In this document: positions 26,701 to 39,046 of the stretch, piece by piece
Layout: each line of letters begins with the position of its first letter
Position numbering within the stretch: the first letter of the stretch is position 1
Source of the DNA: Marsupella aquatica
Taxonomy: Eukaryota > Plantae > Marchantiophyta
Reading direction: 5' to 3'
Length of the DNA stretch: 64,000 nucleotides
Assembly (NCBI GenBank): GCA_973895155.1
Contig: OZ316897.1
Coordinates: 21,861,455 to 21,925,454 of the forward strand
Notes under the pieces: generated by a model
Databases searched by the model: none
Told to the model about the DNA's origin: nothing
What the model saw: only the letters and a program-made list of their open reading frames with translations
Position numbers and translations under genes: made by a program

Positions 26701-26912
26701 CTAGTTTCCTGCCCCTCCTATAGTAACTTGCTTACCCCTAGATAACTTTGCATAACTAAATTCCCTCTTACCTCTACTAAGCTTCCCTTCTTACTTAAGT
26801 GCCCTAAACCTAGCTACTCTGATAGCACTAAAACTTTTTCCCTAACTATTTCCTCTTCTAAACGAAAGAATGTCATGTTTCTCTACACTAGCTGACACTG
26901 AGCCATCCCACA
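23773..26912 (-). repeat. 5' LTR of gypsy B (3140 bp)
   Basis: TG...CA ends. Candidate TATA box TATATAAGG on the minus strand at 24608-24616. Confidence 0.95.
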
Positions 26913-27912
26913 CTATTATTGATGGCCCTAAATAAGCCAAAATTACTGATTATTTTTGTCCTGTACATAAAGGTTTAGTGTGTGTCAATATTTGAGTTTT
27001 GAAATATAAGATTATTCTATTAGTATGCATGCTTTGGTAAAATTTCATTGTCTAAAATGCATTTTTTAGAGTCCTTTTGAGTCCTGAAAGGATGTGACCC
27101 GTTGCGTGACAAGTCCTTTTATCAATCTTTGAAGGACATATAAGGAAAGCTTCAAAATCTCAAATGCTAGATAGTTTAATGAATGTTACCAACCTACATG
27201 ATGTTTATTAAGTATAGTACATCAAATTTTCTATATCATCTCATGACAGCCTACAAATGATATCCTAAAGCATAATAAACTATGGTCACTTTTGAGTGTG
27301 ACGTTCCTTTTGGGTCCTCCAATTGTGAATGAGGCCTATTGGGGATCATTCCGGCGGCGGAATCCAAACATACCTAACCAGAAGGAGAAGAAGACAAGGG
27401 AAGGCCTAGATTAGGCCGGCTACGTATCTCATGACCCGATGAAGGATCTGTCCAGTATATGTGTATAAAAGGCTAATAGTAATAGTAGAAGGAGGTTAGC
27501 AGCGTCCCATGCCGCTAAGCCACGGAAACGGCCTCGCCAAGCGCAAAACCTGCGAGAATCGGCTTGCGCTGGGGGGTTTGTTGGGTTTAGGGAGCCATGG
27601 GAAGCACCACAATAAACGTAAGGCACAATAGTGCGTTTAAATACATGAATGGAGTGGGGTTCAAGTGCGTGAGCAAAGGAAAACGACAAGTAAACTCTGA
27701 CCGGGAATATAAGTAGTTGAGTCAGTCTAAGTGGGCGCAGCCAGATAGGACAGAAGGAGGATCAGAGTCAAACGGGATCAACCAGACAGCCTACCGACCG
27801 GCAGCAAGCTCAAGGTAGTCAGTAAGATCCGATGCAGCCAGAGTGTAGAGTAACCACATCTGACAGCGAGGCATGGGAGCAGGCAAGAGACAAGACCGCA
27901 TGAATTTCAACA

Positions 27913-27923
27913 CCTCCCCTCAA
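27913..27923 (-). promoter_or_regulatory. Polypurine tract of copia A
   Basis: Minus strand TTGAGGGGAGG abutting the 3' LTR. Confidence 0.85.
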
Positions 27924-28030
27924 CCATGGCTCGCAAAGATTCAGGAGGAGAGTGTGCTGTGATATATGGAACGTCGGTATGGTAACTGAATCTATCCTAA
28001 TCAAATTTTGTACATTGGATAGAGACCACC

Positions 28031-28513
28031 ATGGCGCAGGAGGAGATGACATTGAGGGAATCGGCGATGGCACTCGTACTTTCCTTGTTGGGATTTATCT
28101 CAACATTGTCGCGGAGTGCTTATGATTACCTAGTGTGTAATCATAGTGATTTGTTAGGACCGGAGGAGAGACCCCTTGGTGGGCAATCAGAAGAAACACC
28201 TATTGAGCCGCAGGCAGGTGCAACAACGGAGATTGAACAAGCTAGGGAGCTAATAGTCCCTGTAGAGCCAAGTGCTCCAATGTATAGAGAGGAGTCCCGT
28301 CACCCGTTGTCAGGAGAAATAGTGAGAGATTTCTCAGAAGAGCTACCAAGACGATACTATTCAGTGGCTCGAGGCCGACATCCAAGGATCTATACGACTT
28401 GGGAGGAGGTAGAACCCGTAGTAAGTGGCTTCCGAGGCAATAAGTACAAGTCTTTCAAGACTCGGATAGAGGCCGAATTGTACTTAAAGAAAGAGCAGGC
28501 TAGAGCTCTCTAG
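28031..28513 (+). CDS. Antisense extra ORF in copia A with an RNase H1 N-terminal hybrid-binding (Cauli_VI/viroplasmin) domain
   Basis: YYSVARGRHPRIYTTWEEVEPVVSGFRGNKYKSFKTRIEAELYL fits the HBD consensus YAVxxGRxPGIYxxWxECxxQVxGFxGAxYKSFxTxxEAxxYL. The 160-aa ORF is intact. Confidence 0.8.
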   Translation: MAQEEMTLRESAMALVLSLLGFISTLSRSAYDYLVCNHSDLLGPEERPLGGQSEETPIEPQAGATTEIEQARELIVPVEPSAPMYREESRHPLSGEIVRDFSEELPRRYYSVARGRHPRIYTTWEEVEPVVSGFRGNKYKSFKTRIEAELYLKKEQARAL

Positions 28514-28599
28514 ATGGAGAAACTGACTATTGACACCAGTTAATCGTGGGATGCTGTAAGACAATCTCGGAGCGATGGAGATGTATCGAAGATGTGTTA

Positions 28600-31500
28600 T
28601 CATCGTAGTGGTAGCAGCTTTGCCGACTTCATTCCTAATATATCTCTATTTCTGAGAAACCTTGCTCTGGATAATGATTTTGTCAGAATTTCGGCTACCT
28701 GGTCTTCTGTTTTCACATGATGCACTGAAAGTTCTCCCTCCAAAACTCTTTCACGTACAAAGTGATGGTGAATTTCTAAGTGCTTTGTCCTCGCGTGGAA
28801 GACTGGGTTTTTGGCGAGCTTAACAGCGCTCATGTTATCGCACCTCAAATGTAAGTCCTGAAGGGATGGCACTGCAGCTTGCTCGAGATCAGTTGCTATT
28901 CCAGTGCTTTTACATTTGACCTTGGTAGGCAAGGATGTGTTACCAACCAGTTCTTCGAGTAATCGCTTTAGGTACACACCTTCTTGGGCGCCATCTGAAA
29001 GTGCCTTATATTTTGCCTCCGTAGTCGATCGAGACACCCTTGGCTGTCTTTTGCTGCTCCATGTGATGGGACCTTCAGACAGCTTGAAGATGTATCCACC
29101 TGTGGATCTTCGAGTATCAGGGCATGAATTTCCCCAGTCAGAATCTGTGAAGCCTTTGAGATTAAGTTGACTATCTCTGCTGTAGAACACTCCTAGATCC
29201 AAGGTGCCGCTAATGTAGCGCACGATGTGCATGGCTGCATCTAGGTGAGCTTGTTGTGGTTGACTCATGAATCTACTCACCAGACCAACTGAGAAGGAGA
29301 TGTCTGGACGAGTGTTAGTTAGATATATGAGTTTACCTACCAACTGACAATAATGTGTAAAGTCAACATCGGGGGTGTAGGACTCCGATGATAACTCAAG
29401 GCCTTCTGGAAGGGGTGCACGCCCACTGGCTTGCATGTGTCCATTCCGTAGTCTTGCACAAGTTGGTCAGAATAGTGTTTTTGATGCAGTAGAATCCCTT
29501 TTTCGGTGACTAGGAAATCGACTCCGAGGTATTTTTTTGCTTCTCCAAGATCCTTCATCTCATACTTGGCCTTCAGCTGCTGCTTCAGTTCTTCAATAAG
29601 TTGTACTCCGCTGCCTGTGATTAAGAGATCGTCGACAAATAGCAGGATGATGGCAATTTTTCCTCCTTGTTGTAGGGTGTATAGATTTGGATCTAGGGAG
29701 CTACGTATGCATCCAATTGACCTGAGAAATGAGTCGACTTCTTCATACCAGGCCCTTGGACTTTGCTTTAGTCCATATATTGACTTTCTAAGTCTGCACA
29801 CGAGTTTTTCTTGACCAGGAGAGAGGAACCCGGGTGGCTGCATCATATAGATGGTTTCCTTAAGAGTCCCATTGAGAAATGCAGTGACCACGTCCATATG
29901 TGATAATGGCCATCCAAACGCAGCTGCAAGTGCCACAATGAGTCTGACAGTGGACCATTTGACTACCGGGGCAAAGGTCTCTTTGAAATCTAATCCTTCG
30001 CGCTGTTCGTTTCCTCTAGCGACTACCCAAGCTTTGAACTTAATGTTTCCTGCTTGGTCAATCTTTTCCCGAAGGACCCATCTAGCTGATAGTGCTCGCT
30101 CTCCCAAGGGAAGGTTGACAAGTTCCCAAGTGCCATTTTTAAGATGAGCATTCATTTCAGCTTGCATGGCTTCCGTCCAACGGGAATCAGAGAGAGCATC
30201 TTCTACAAATATATTGTCGATGGAGTCAGCTAGAAGAGCTAACAGGAGATGCTCAGTAGTTTCAGAAAGGTATGTTGTGAAATCAGATAGCCAATAGGGA
30301 TGAGATGTGAGTCGACTGGAGGGTGGACGTGACCGCTGGAGGAGACGTTGAGTGGCACGTTGTCTTGCAGGGGTAGTGAGGATCATCAGTTATCAGTTTG
30401 GTCGCCTTGAAATTTCTGAATCTCAGCTGAGCAGCTGAGATAGGGCCTTCGCACTTTCGCGCATCTCAGTTGACCTCGCCGAGATCGGCGTAAGGATCTC
30501 AGCTGGGGCAGCTGAGATTGAGTCAATCTCAGCTGACCTCGCCGAGATCGGCGTAAGGACAAAAAAATGAAGAAAAAAAATTAAATATTTTTTTTCAAAA
30601 ATTCTCCAAAAAAAAAAATCTAAAAAAAAATTCCGACAAAATTCGGTGTCCGTATCGTACGGACATCGGACTATCTCGGCGGGTCTCGCCGAGATGCGGT
30701 GTCCGTATGGTACAGACACCCATAGTGAAAAAAATATTTTTGGGGAATTTTTGGAAAAAAAAATTAATTTATTTTTTCATTTTTTTTGGCCTTACGCCAA
30801 TCTCGGCGAGGTCAGCTGAGATTGAGTCAATCTCAGCTACCCCAGCTGAGATGCACAAAAGTTTTTTTTTTCGCATTTTCTTTCGGCGCCCCAACTTGGC
30901 AGCCTCTCTAAGATGACGTGGCGACTGATATCAGGTCGACTGATGAAAAACACTAATAACTGATGATGTAGCTTTACTCCGTCTTGCACGACGAGCTTGA
31001 CGTGGTTCAAGGACAAGCGGTGGATCAGTGGTGGAAGCAGTTGTGTCCTCGTGGGGTTCAGGCTCGGGATAGTCAATCCTGCAGTCGGGAAGATTTGGGG
31101 ATGTAGACTCGGTTGCTGGCGTGGAGTCGGTGGCTGTTGGTGTTGGAGGAGAGCCAGTTGTTGATGGAGTTGAATGTTCGGCTGGAGATTGCAAGTGGTC
31201 AGGTTCATCTTCAAGTGGAAACATATCGAGAATGCTCTCGTAGGTAGTGGCTTGTCCCGTTGAGAAGTCTCCAAGAGTTGATTCGTCAAAGACCACATTT
31301 CGGGAAACAAGAATTTTTCGAGAGACCGGGTCAAAGCATCGATATGCTTTGCTGTGGTCGTCGTATCCAACAAGTACAGTACGAATGGACCTGGGTTGAA
31401 GCTTGTTACGCATCTCCTTTGGTACATGAATGTGAGCTGTGCTTCCAATGATACGGAAGTGGCTGACATCAGGTTTGGTACCGGTGAGACATTCTGCTGG

Positions 31501-33723
31501 TGTAGAGAGATTTAATGCACGAGTGCTGCATCGGTTGTTGATGTGATTAGCCGTTTTGACTAATTCTTCCCAGAGAAAAGCTGGAAAGTTTGAGCCTATT
31601 GAGATACTCCTTACTATATCTAGAAGGGTGCGATTTTTACGTTCGGCGACTCCATTCTGATGAGGAGTTCGAGCTACAGTAAATTGCCTTCGTATCCCAT
31701 GTTGTTGACAAAATGCCATGAATAAATCAGACATATATTCTCCGCCTCGATCGCTTCGTAAGCATTTCATTTTGGTGCTTAGTGAGTTTTCGACTTCTTG
31801 TTGGAAGATCTTGAATTTTTCCAAGGCCTCAGTTTTGGACTTGAGAAAGAAGACCCAAGAATGTCGAGAAAAATCATCAGTGAAGGTGATGATGTACCGG
31901 GCCCCAGAGAGAGCTAGGACCGGTAAAGGACCACAGAGGTCTGTGTGAATCAATTCCAGAGGTTTGGTGGCGCGAAAAGTTGCTGATTTTGGTATTCGGT
32001 GTCGAGACTGCTTGCCTTTCACACAGGGCTCACAGATCATTTTGCTGACTGGAAGATTTGATGGAGCTCCCGTGATAAGCCCGTTTTGAGTCATGTAGCT
32101 GATGCACTGATGACTAGAGTGACCTAGCCTTTGGTGCCAAAGTTCAGATGGAGACAATGCAGGTTCGACTAAGTGACACTGAGCTGACATGCTGGGATGT
32201 GTTAATTTAGTGTTAGCTAAATATTTGTCCGGAGAGACGACAGGCAATTTGAGCTTATATAATCTACTATGAGGGTCTCTGTAGCCTTTGAGATAAGGCT
32301 GTGAGGGTCTATTGGGGTCATAGACGTAGCATCTACTGGAAGTAAATAGCACTTGATGACCCTGATCTGTAAATTTACCAACAGAAAGTAAATTCCTTGT
32401 AATAGATGGCACGTACAAAACATCACGAACAGATTTATTGCCAGAAAGAGAGATACAGCCAGATCCGGATATGGGCATTTTAGAGCCATTAGCCGTGAGA
32501 ACATTAGACGTAGGGGTGTTGCTGATCAGATTAGTAAGGCTACTACGATTGCGACTTATGTGAGCCGAGGCTCCGCTGTCGATGATCCAGATCTGGTCAT
32601 CAATGCCTGGAGCATCAAACTCACTGAGCATGGCCTCAATCGTAAGTGATGATTTGGGCTCACTGGGTTTGCCAACGTCAGAGTTGTTCTCTCCGATGTC
32701 TCCCTCAGCAAAATATGCTTTTGGTCCAGGAGCAGCCTTGATGTCTCTGATCTTGGAATGTAGTCCTTCAGCTGAGATACGGACATTGTCTTGATCTCAG
32801 TGTCTGCAGCTTTGATGAAGCAGTCTGCTTCCCAGTGGCCTCGTTTGCCACAAAAGTTGCAGTTGCGTCGATCTGCTCCACCTTCGTAGCCTCTCTGCTG
32901 TCTTGCTCGATCGTGGCGCCCTCGTCCTCGCCCACGATGTCCTCTGACTCCTTCTCCACGTCTCTGGTGAGCAGAGGCCAGCATAGACTGCTTGCTGCCT
33001 TCATTGCTTGATTTGCAACGAAAGTCCTCAGTCTGTAGATATTCTTCCAGATCTGCAAAAGTGGCTAGAGGGTCCTTGGCATACATGACACCGTAAGCTG
33101 ACTTGAATGCTGACCAGCTTTCAGGCAGATTTCTCAACACAATCTGGATCAGTTCTTTATCGTTAACTTCCTCTCCTACACTACCGAGTTCCATCACATG
33201 GTACTCGATCTTTTTTAGGTAGTCCTCCATAGAGGACCCTTCACAGAGGCGAGCCTTGACTAGTGCAGTCTTGAGGTCCAGTTTGCGCTGGATTACAGAA
33301 GAGTCATACTTCTGTTTAAGTGTTGCCCAGAGTTTGGTAGGATCACTCCGCAGCCTTCTAACAATAGGGACAATGGAATGATGAACAGTTTTGGTGAGAA
33401 TAATGATTACCCTCTCCTTCCGTTTCTGAGCCTCAGTCAGACTCTTCGGCTCTCCCGTAGGTTGCTGCTGAACGGCAGTTCCTTCAGTTGGTCCTGAAGA
33501 TGTCGAGGCTGCACTGTGTGCCTGTGAGGGAGCTGGCTGCTATGCTGCGCTGCTTCCTCCAGATGCTGATGCTAGCGTATTGATGGTGGGATCAACGACC
33601 TCCCATAGATCTTTTTCTCTCAGGATCTGCTCAACGTAGAAGGACCACACAATATAGTTGTGTGCTCCTACTAATTTGTCGCTGTCTGAGAATGAGATCT
33701 TGGTAGCATCACTCGACGCCATG
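28600..33723 (-). pseudogene. Gag-Pol of copia A, with a stop at ~33540, frameshifts and a MITE insertion
   Basis: Gag KLVGAHNYIVW. Knuckle CNFCGKRGHWEADC. PR WIIDSGAS. INT WHQRLGH, HTDLCGP, RSDRGGE, QNGVAERKN. RT MDVVTAFLNG, YGLKQ, FVDD. RH FTDSDWG and RTKHLEI. Confidence 0.92.
30384..30965. mobile_element. Foldback/MITE-like insertion in the copia A INT-RT linker
   Basis: Ends CATCAGTTATCAGT and ACTAATAACTGATG (inverted, 1 mismatch), flanked by AT on both sides. Long internal inverted arms and palindromes such as GCTGAGATTGAGTCAATCTCAGC. Confidence 0.8.
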
Positions 33724-33768
33724 GTAAATAGTAACACTCTAATCAGATAAAGGTGTGAGGAGCGGTAG

Positions 33769-33780
33769 GCTCTGATACCA
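33769..33780 (-). promoter_or_regulatory. tRNA-iMet primer binding site of copia A
   Basis: Minus strand TGGTATCAGAGC directly after the 5' LTR. Confidence 0.93.
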
Positions 33781-34112
33781 TGTGGAAGTTTTCAGATGAT
33801 TATGAAACTTGATAAACGTAAGGCACAATAGTGCGTTTAAATACATGAATGGAGTGGGGTCCAAGTGCGTGAGCAAAGGAAAACGACAAGTAAACTCTGA
33901 CCGGGAATATAAGTAGTTGAGTCAGTCTAAGTGGGCGCAGCCAGATAGGACAGAAGGAGGATCAGAGTCAAACGGGATCAACCAGACAGCCTACCGACCG
34001 GCAGCAAGCTCAAGGTAGTCAGTAAGATCCGATGCAGCCAGAGTGTAGAGTAACCACATCTGACAGCGAGGCATGGGAGCAGACAAGAGACAAGACCGCG
34101 TGAATTTCAACA
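33781..34112 (-). repeat. 5' LTR of copia A (332 bp)
   Basis: TG...CA ends, adjacent PBS and TSD. Confidence 0.94.
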
Positions 34113-34594
34113 GTTCCTCGGAGACTCTAGGAGATTCTAACGTTATTTTCGTTCTGTGAATGTCTCGCTTGGTCTGTTCATTAGACACATATATAGTTCA
34201 GATAGTCTAGCAATCCTGCGATTTAATGAGTCTCTTGTACTTGGCTTCAGCTATAAAGTCTTTGTCACATTTCGATACGCAAGAGTAATGAGGATCGTGT
34301 GTTGGACTGCTGAACAGACAAAAACAATTTTTCCAAGGTGATAGAGACAAGCGAGTAACAATTCGAGAAGCAATATCCCCAATCGTATGACATGCAATCT
34401 GAGTGACACAGAAAAGAACGAACAATCCCTGCCTCAACAAAGAGGGGAACAAAAACATATAGTACCCCGAAGGGGAGGCAGTGAAACAAACCACCACTTG
34501 GCAAGCAAGAAGCCACGGTGGGGAAAAAGCGCTGCAACTGATCGGTCCTACTCAGATGGAATCAAAGAGTCAGAGCAGGAGCCATCCCGCCATA

Positions 34595-37500
34595 CTAAAC
34601 TAAACTAACTGTGATGTCGATAGCCGATGGAAAAGAACAGGCGTCAAGTGACACCTGACACACCCCCCCATCGGCTGTACACACAGGAATAGTCGACAGT
34701 GAAATAGTTGAGGTAGAAACTGAAGGCGCTAATTGCAAACCCAAAAGAGAAACGAACTTGGCAAAACGAATTCCAGAGAGAGGTTTGGTTAAACCATCTG
34801 CCGGCATCTCTTGAGTGGACAAATATTTGAGGACAACAGTGCCTAATTTGACATGCTCACGAATAAAATGAAAAGGAATGTCGATATGTTTGGTTCGCGA
34901 GTGGTGCTCCGGATTAAGAGTGAGAGCCAAAGCAGGCTGATTGTCCCCATATAACAACACTTGGTGAATGTCAGAAGAAGAACAACGTAATTCCAGAAGG
35001 AGACGCCGCAACCATAAGGCCTCTTTACATGCTAAAGAGTAAGCAATGTATTCGGCTTCTGTGGATGATGTGGCAACAACTGGCTGCTTGCGTGATTTCC
35101 AGGAGATAGGGCCGCCACCGAGTTTAAACAGATAGCCTGAGGTGGACATACGATCAGCCACGTTGTCTCCATAGGATGAATCTGAGAAACCATGGAATCC
35201 TAATGAATGAATCTCCAGTCCAACAAAATCGGTGCGTTTGAAGCAGAGGCAAGAGTTGGAGTAGCCCGAAGATAAGCAAAAACGCGACGAAGGGAGCTTT
35301 CATGCTCAGGAGCAGGAGAATGAGCGAATTGGCTTAGTCGGGAACATCGTTCAGCAATATCTGGCCGTGTCCAGTTGGCAAGGTACATTAAAGAACCTAG
35401 CATGGCCTGATAATAGTGCTGCTGCTCAGGAGAGGGATTGGAGCGAGTAACGGGAAAGACGTCAATGCCTGTGGAAGGAGACGTGACAGGTAGGCAAGAG
35501 TGGAGATGAAAGCGTTCAAGAATTTTTTCGGTATATGCAGTCTGAACAAGATAGATAGTACGATGTGGACGATCTCGAATAATTGACAAACCAAGATATT
35601 CAGATAAATCCCCTAGATCACGAAGTGCGTAACGGGAGGAAAGAAGCTGGTGGATGTCCTGTATGCGAACTGAAGTTGGGGCAATCCCAATAATGTCGTC
35701 AACCCATAATACTAGGAGATCGCCAGAAGAATGTTGTAATACACATGGGTCGGAAGGGAGAGGCTGATAGCCGTGAGAAATAAGAAAAGTAGTGAGTTCT
35801 TGGTACCAGAGGCGGGGTGCCTGTTTTAGCCCATAAAGTGCACGTAATAATAACCAGACCAAAAGATTACCATTCGCGTCATAAGTCTCATGGCCAGGCG
35901 GAGGGCGAACGTAAAGACATACACCATCTTGAATGAGTGCATTAAGAAAAGCAGTGACAATATCCCACGAATGAGCCTCCAAGTTATGAATGGCAAGAAG
36001 AGCCATAAGGACACGGAAAGTCTCCGGTCTGACTACTGAGGCAAAAGTGTCGTGATAATCTTCACCAGGCCGTTGTTTATCCCCTCGGACCACAAAACGT
36101 GCTTTGTAGAGGCCGGTGCGCTTAATGTTGTAGACCCATTTCGAGGGAAGAAGATGCGCACCGGCAGGCAAAAGAACAAGTTGTGCCACTTTAAGAAGGT
36201 GAAGTTGGTGCAGCTCTATTGCCTCAGCCTCCCTCCATTGAGCAGCATCGGGCCGCCCCATTGCTTCTTTATGTGAACGTGGGAGATTAGAGGCAGAAGT
36301 TGCATAGAGAGCAGTGCAAAACGAGTAAAGAAGAGACGACGGTATTGTGGAGAGGAGTGTTTGTAAATGCCCTCCGGAGTAATCACCTTCGTCAAAACGT
36401 AGAGGAGGAACACCCCGATTTTCGCGTGCTGAGCGTCGAACAAAATCCTGGTAGCCAAGATCCTGCTGCATAGGAGAGGAGGCGCCAGCCAGATCGGCTT
36501 CAATCTCAGCACTAGAATGATGCCCAAGAGGAGGGGTAATGATAATAGAGGGAGTTTCCGGCTGGACATAAGGAACCGGGGGAAGAGGTACAGCAAATGA
36601 TTCCGACGGAGAGAAAAGAGACATAGGATCAAGAATTGGAGGGAGAAAAAGAGGAACATCAGGGGAAGAAGAGTCGGGGCAGGAAAGAGAAGAATAAACC
36701 CGTCCTTCGTCAAAAGAGACATACGAAGATTGAGTAATTTCATTGCTCTGAGGAAACCAAATACGATAGGTCAATCCATCAGAATACCCGACTAAATAGC
36801 CCTGACGGGCTCTAGCAATGAACTTGGCCCCGCGTGGTCGTTTTTCAGGAACAATGTGGACATATGAGATACAACCAAAGAGGCGGAGATGAGAGAAATT
36901 AAATGAGTAAGGAAGAGAAAACGCATGATGTAGACAAAACGCAGGAGCTGTATGCTGAGAATTGGATATAGTCGGAGAATGATTTGTCAGAAATACAGCT
37001 GTGCGTACTGCCTCAGGCCAAAGACGTTGAGGAAGGTGAGAATCAAGAAGTAATGACCGGGCTCGTTGATTAATGACCCCAATAGAGCGTTCGGCTATCC
37101 CATTCTCCTCATGATGATAAGGAGCACTGTTGATCATTCGACATCCTTTTTCGGCAAGAAATTGAACTAAAAAGGTTCCACCAAATTCAAGGCCGTTGTC
37201 AAGATGAAGAGCAGAAATAGAGGCCTTATATTGAATTAAAACAGTCGCAAAAAATTGTTGGAGTGTAAGGAACGCAGCCCCCTTGGAAGAAAGAAAAGAG
37301 ACCCAGCGATGGCGGGAGTAGTCATCCGTAAAAAGAACAAAATAGAGAGAATTACGAATACCAATTGGCGAGATTTTACCACAAAGGTCAAGATGGACTT
37401 TCTGGAATGGAGTAGTAGACCGCTGATGAGGGAGTCGACAAATGGATTTAGTAGATTTACTGAGAGCGCAAACGCTGCAAGGGGACAAAGTGGTTTGTCC

Positions 37501-38951
37501 ATGAATGTCGACTTGATGCTGAACCGCAAGCTTCTTGACAGCATCAATATTAAGATGGGCAAGACGACGATGAAGAAGTGATAAATCGACCTTGGAGACA
37601 GGCAAAATATGGGCGTACAAGTGACCATCGGTTTGTTGATCAGTAAACTTAACCATGAAAATGCGTAGATCTTGGGTAGAATCAACGCAAGCAAATTCGA
37701 GACCGGAAGAAAGATGGACAAATTTGGAATGTTCCCCCCGATAGTGTACACCCCGCTTCTCCAGAATGCGCTCAGAAATTGTGTTAATACAACTAGAAGG
37801 AGTATATCGCACATGATCCAGCCGAATAGAATGGTAAGTACCGTCAGACCGTTTTAAGGCAAGATCAACTGCCCCTCAACCGGGAGAAGTCATGGGTCCA
37901 TTACCAGTGTTGAGTTGTAATGGAGACTCATGATAATCAGAAATAAGATCACGAGAAGTACAGCAGTGGTGAGTGGCGCCCGAGTCAGCAATCCAAAGAT
38001 GAGAACCTGAAGAAGAACCAGACGAAGGTAGGGCGGAGCCGAGGTGTAGAAAATGAGTTGATTGAAGTTCAGCCGGAATAGGTCCTGATTGGAGATCAAA
38101 GGAGTCAACTGAGATGCTACGACACTGGGATATTTCTCGGTCAGGCGCTGTTGAAGGGCAGGATTGGGTAGCCAACCCCCGCGACGACGATGAGGAAATT
38201 TGTAGAAACAACGCTCCTCCCGATGCCGAGGGAGATTACAATAAGAGCAAGTATGTCGAGCAGGAGAGCGAGGAGTTGCTGAAGCACTGGGAGCAGGAAT
38301 TGCAACCTGAAGGGAAGCAAATTCAGCCGAGTCAAGAGCCACCTGGGTTTCCTCACGAAGTTCCAGCATGAGAGTATCCAGAGATGGCAGTTTCTTGGGA
38401 TCCTGCCGAAGCTATTCACGTTTATGAGAAGCCCACGATGGCAGATGAGACTCCAAGACGTGAATAAATTGGAGCACCTGGATACGATCCGGGATGTCCA
38501 ATTTGAGAGAGATGCAACGATCCAAAGCAGCCTGGTACTGTGCACAGAAATCCTCGACATCGGTGCCTTTGTAGCGCAGATTATTGAAAGAGGACCAGAT
38601 ATCATAGAGATGAATAAGCCTGCTTTGCTCATATGAAGAGGCAAGCTTGGTCCAACAGAGCTGAGCAGTGCTCACGGTTTCAAGAATGTCTTGAATATGG
38701 GGACGACAACTTGCAATAATTGCAGTGCGAGCAGAAGCAGCATGAGCTTTAAAAATCCGAATACGTTCAAGAAACATATAGTCCTTCTCGTCAATGTGCT
38801 TAACTGGAGAAACAGCAGTGCCGTCAACGTGATCCCAAATACCACACAATTCAATGGCAGACCGGCACAGATGCCGCCAACTCTTGAAATTGGGAGATCC
38901 TTCGAGTTTCGGAATAAACTGAACGTTCACGTACGAAGAGGAACTCATCAT
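34595..38951 (-). pseudogene. Gag-Pol of copia D, several frameshifts
   Basis: Gag PKLEGSPNFKSW. Knuckle CSYCNLPRHREERC. PR WIADSGAT. INT LHRRLAH, HLDLCG, LDNGLEF, ENGIAER. RT WDIVTAFLNA, YGLKQ, WVDD. RH SSTEAEY, RTKHIDI, ADGLTK. Confidence 0.9.
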
Positions 38952-39036
38952 AGAGAAAGCTTGAAGAAAGACGGAACGGAATGAGAGTGAGCTGAGCGAA
39001 AGTTTCTGTGACGGAACGGTTACAACATCAGATAAA

Positions 39037-39046
39037 GGCCCATAAC
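39037..39046 (-). promoter_or_regulatory. Half-tRNA-iMet primer binding site of copia D
   Basis: Minus strand GTTATGGGCC, 1 nt after the LTR, complementary to the iMet anticodon arm GGCCCATAAC. Confidence 0.75.

Larger units (their letters stand above)
14445..26912 (-). mobile_element. Ty3/gypsy LTR retrotransposon B (non-chromovirus, Athila/Phygy-like), intact and young
   Basis: TSD CTATT at 14440-14444 and 26913-26917. Near-identical ~3.15-kb TG...CA LTRs. Single 2022-aa ORF. Confidence 0.96.
14226..27336. mobile_element. Non-autonomous TIR DNA transposon (~640 bp net), interrupted by gypsy B
   Basis: Perfect 18-bp TIR GGCCTCATTCACAATTGG (14226-14243 and 27319-27336). 4-bp TSD TATT. The empty site is visible in the LTR at ~53660-53680. 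Confidence 0.88.
2365..27611 (+). mobile_element. Solo LTR of the gypsy C family (~4.7 kb once nested insertions are removed)
   Basis: Starts TGTGATGCCTAG and ends GCACCACA like LTR 49314-53949. TSD ATAAA at 2360-2364 and 27612-27616. No PBS or internal region follows. Confidence 0.93.
2329..27912 (-). repeat. 3' LTR of copia A, split into 2329-2364 and 27617-27912 by the gypsy solo LTR
   Basis: Joined pieces match 33781-34112, with 3 substitutions seen in ~332 bp. Confidence 0.92.
2329..34112 (-). mobile_element. Ty1/copia LTR retrotransposon A (full-length, degenerate, carries nested insertions)
   Basis: LTRs read TGTGGAAG...TTCAACA on the + strand. 5-bp TSD GTTCC at 2324-2328 and 34113-34117. 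iMet PBS and PPT present. Domain order on the minus strand is gag-PR-INT-RT-RH. Confidence 0.95.
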
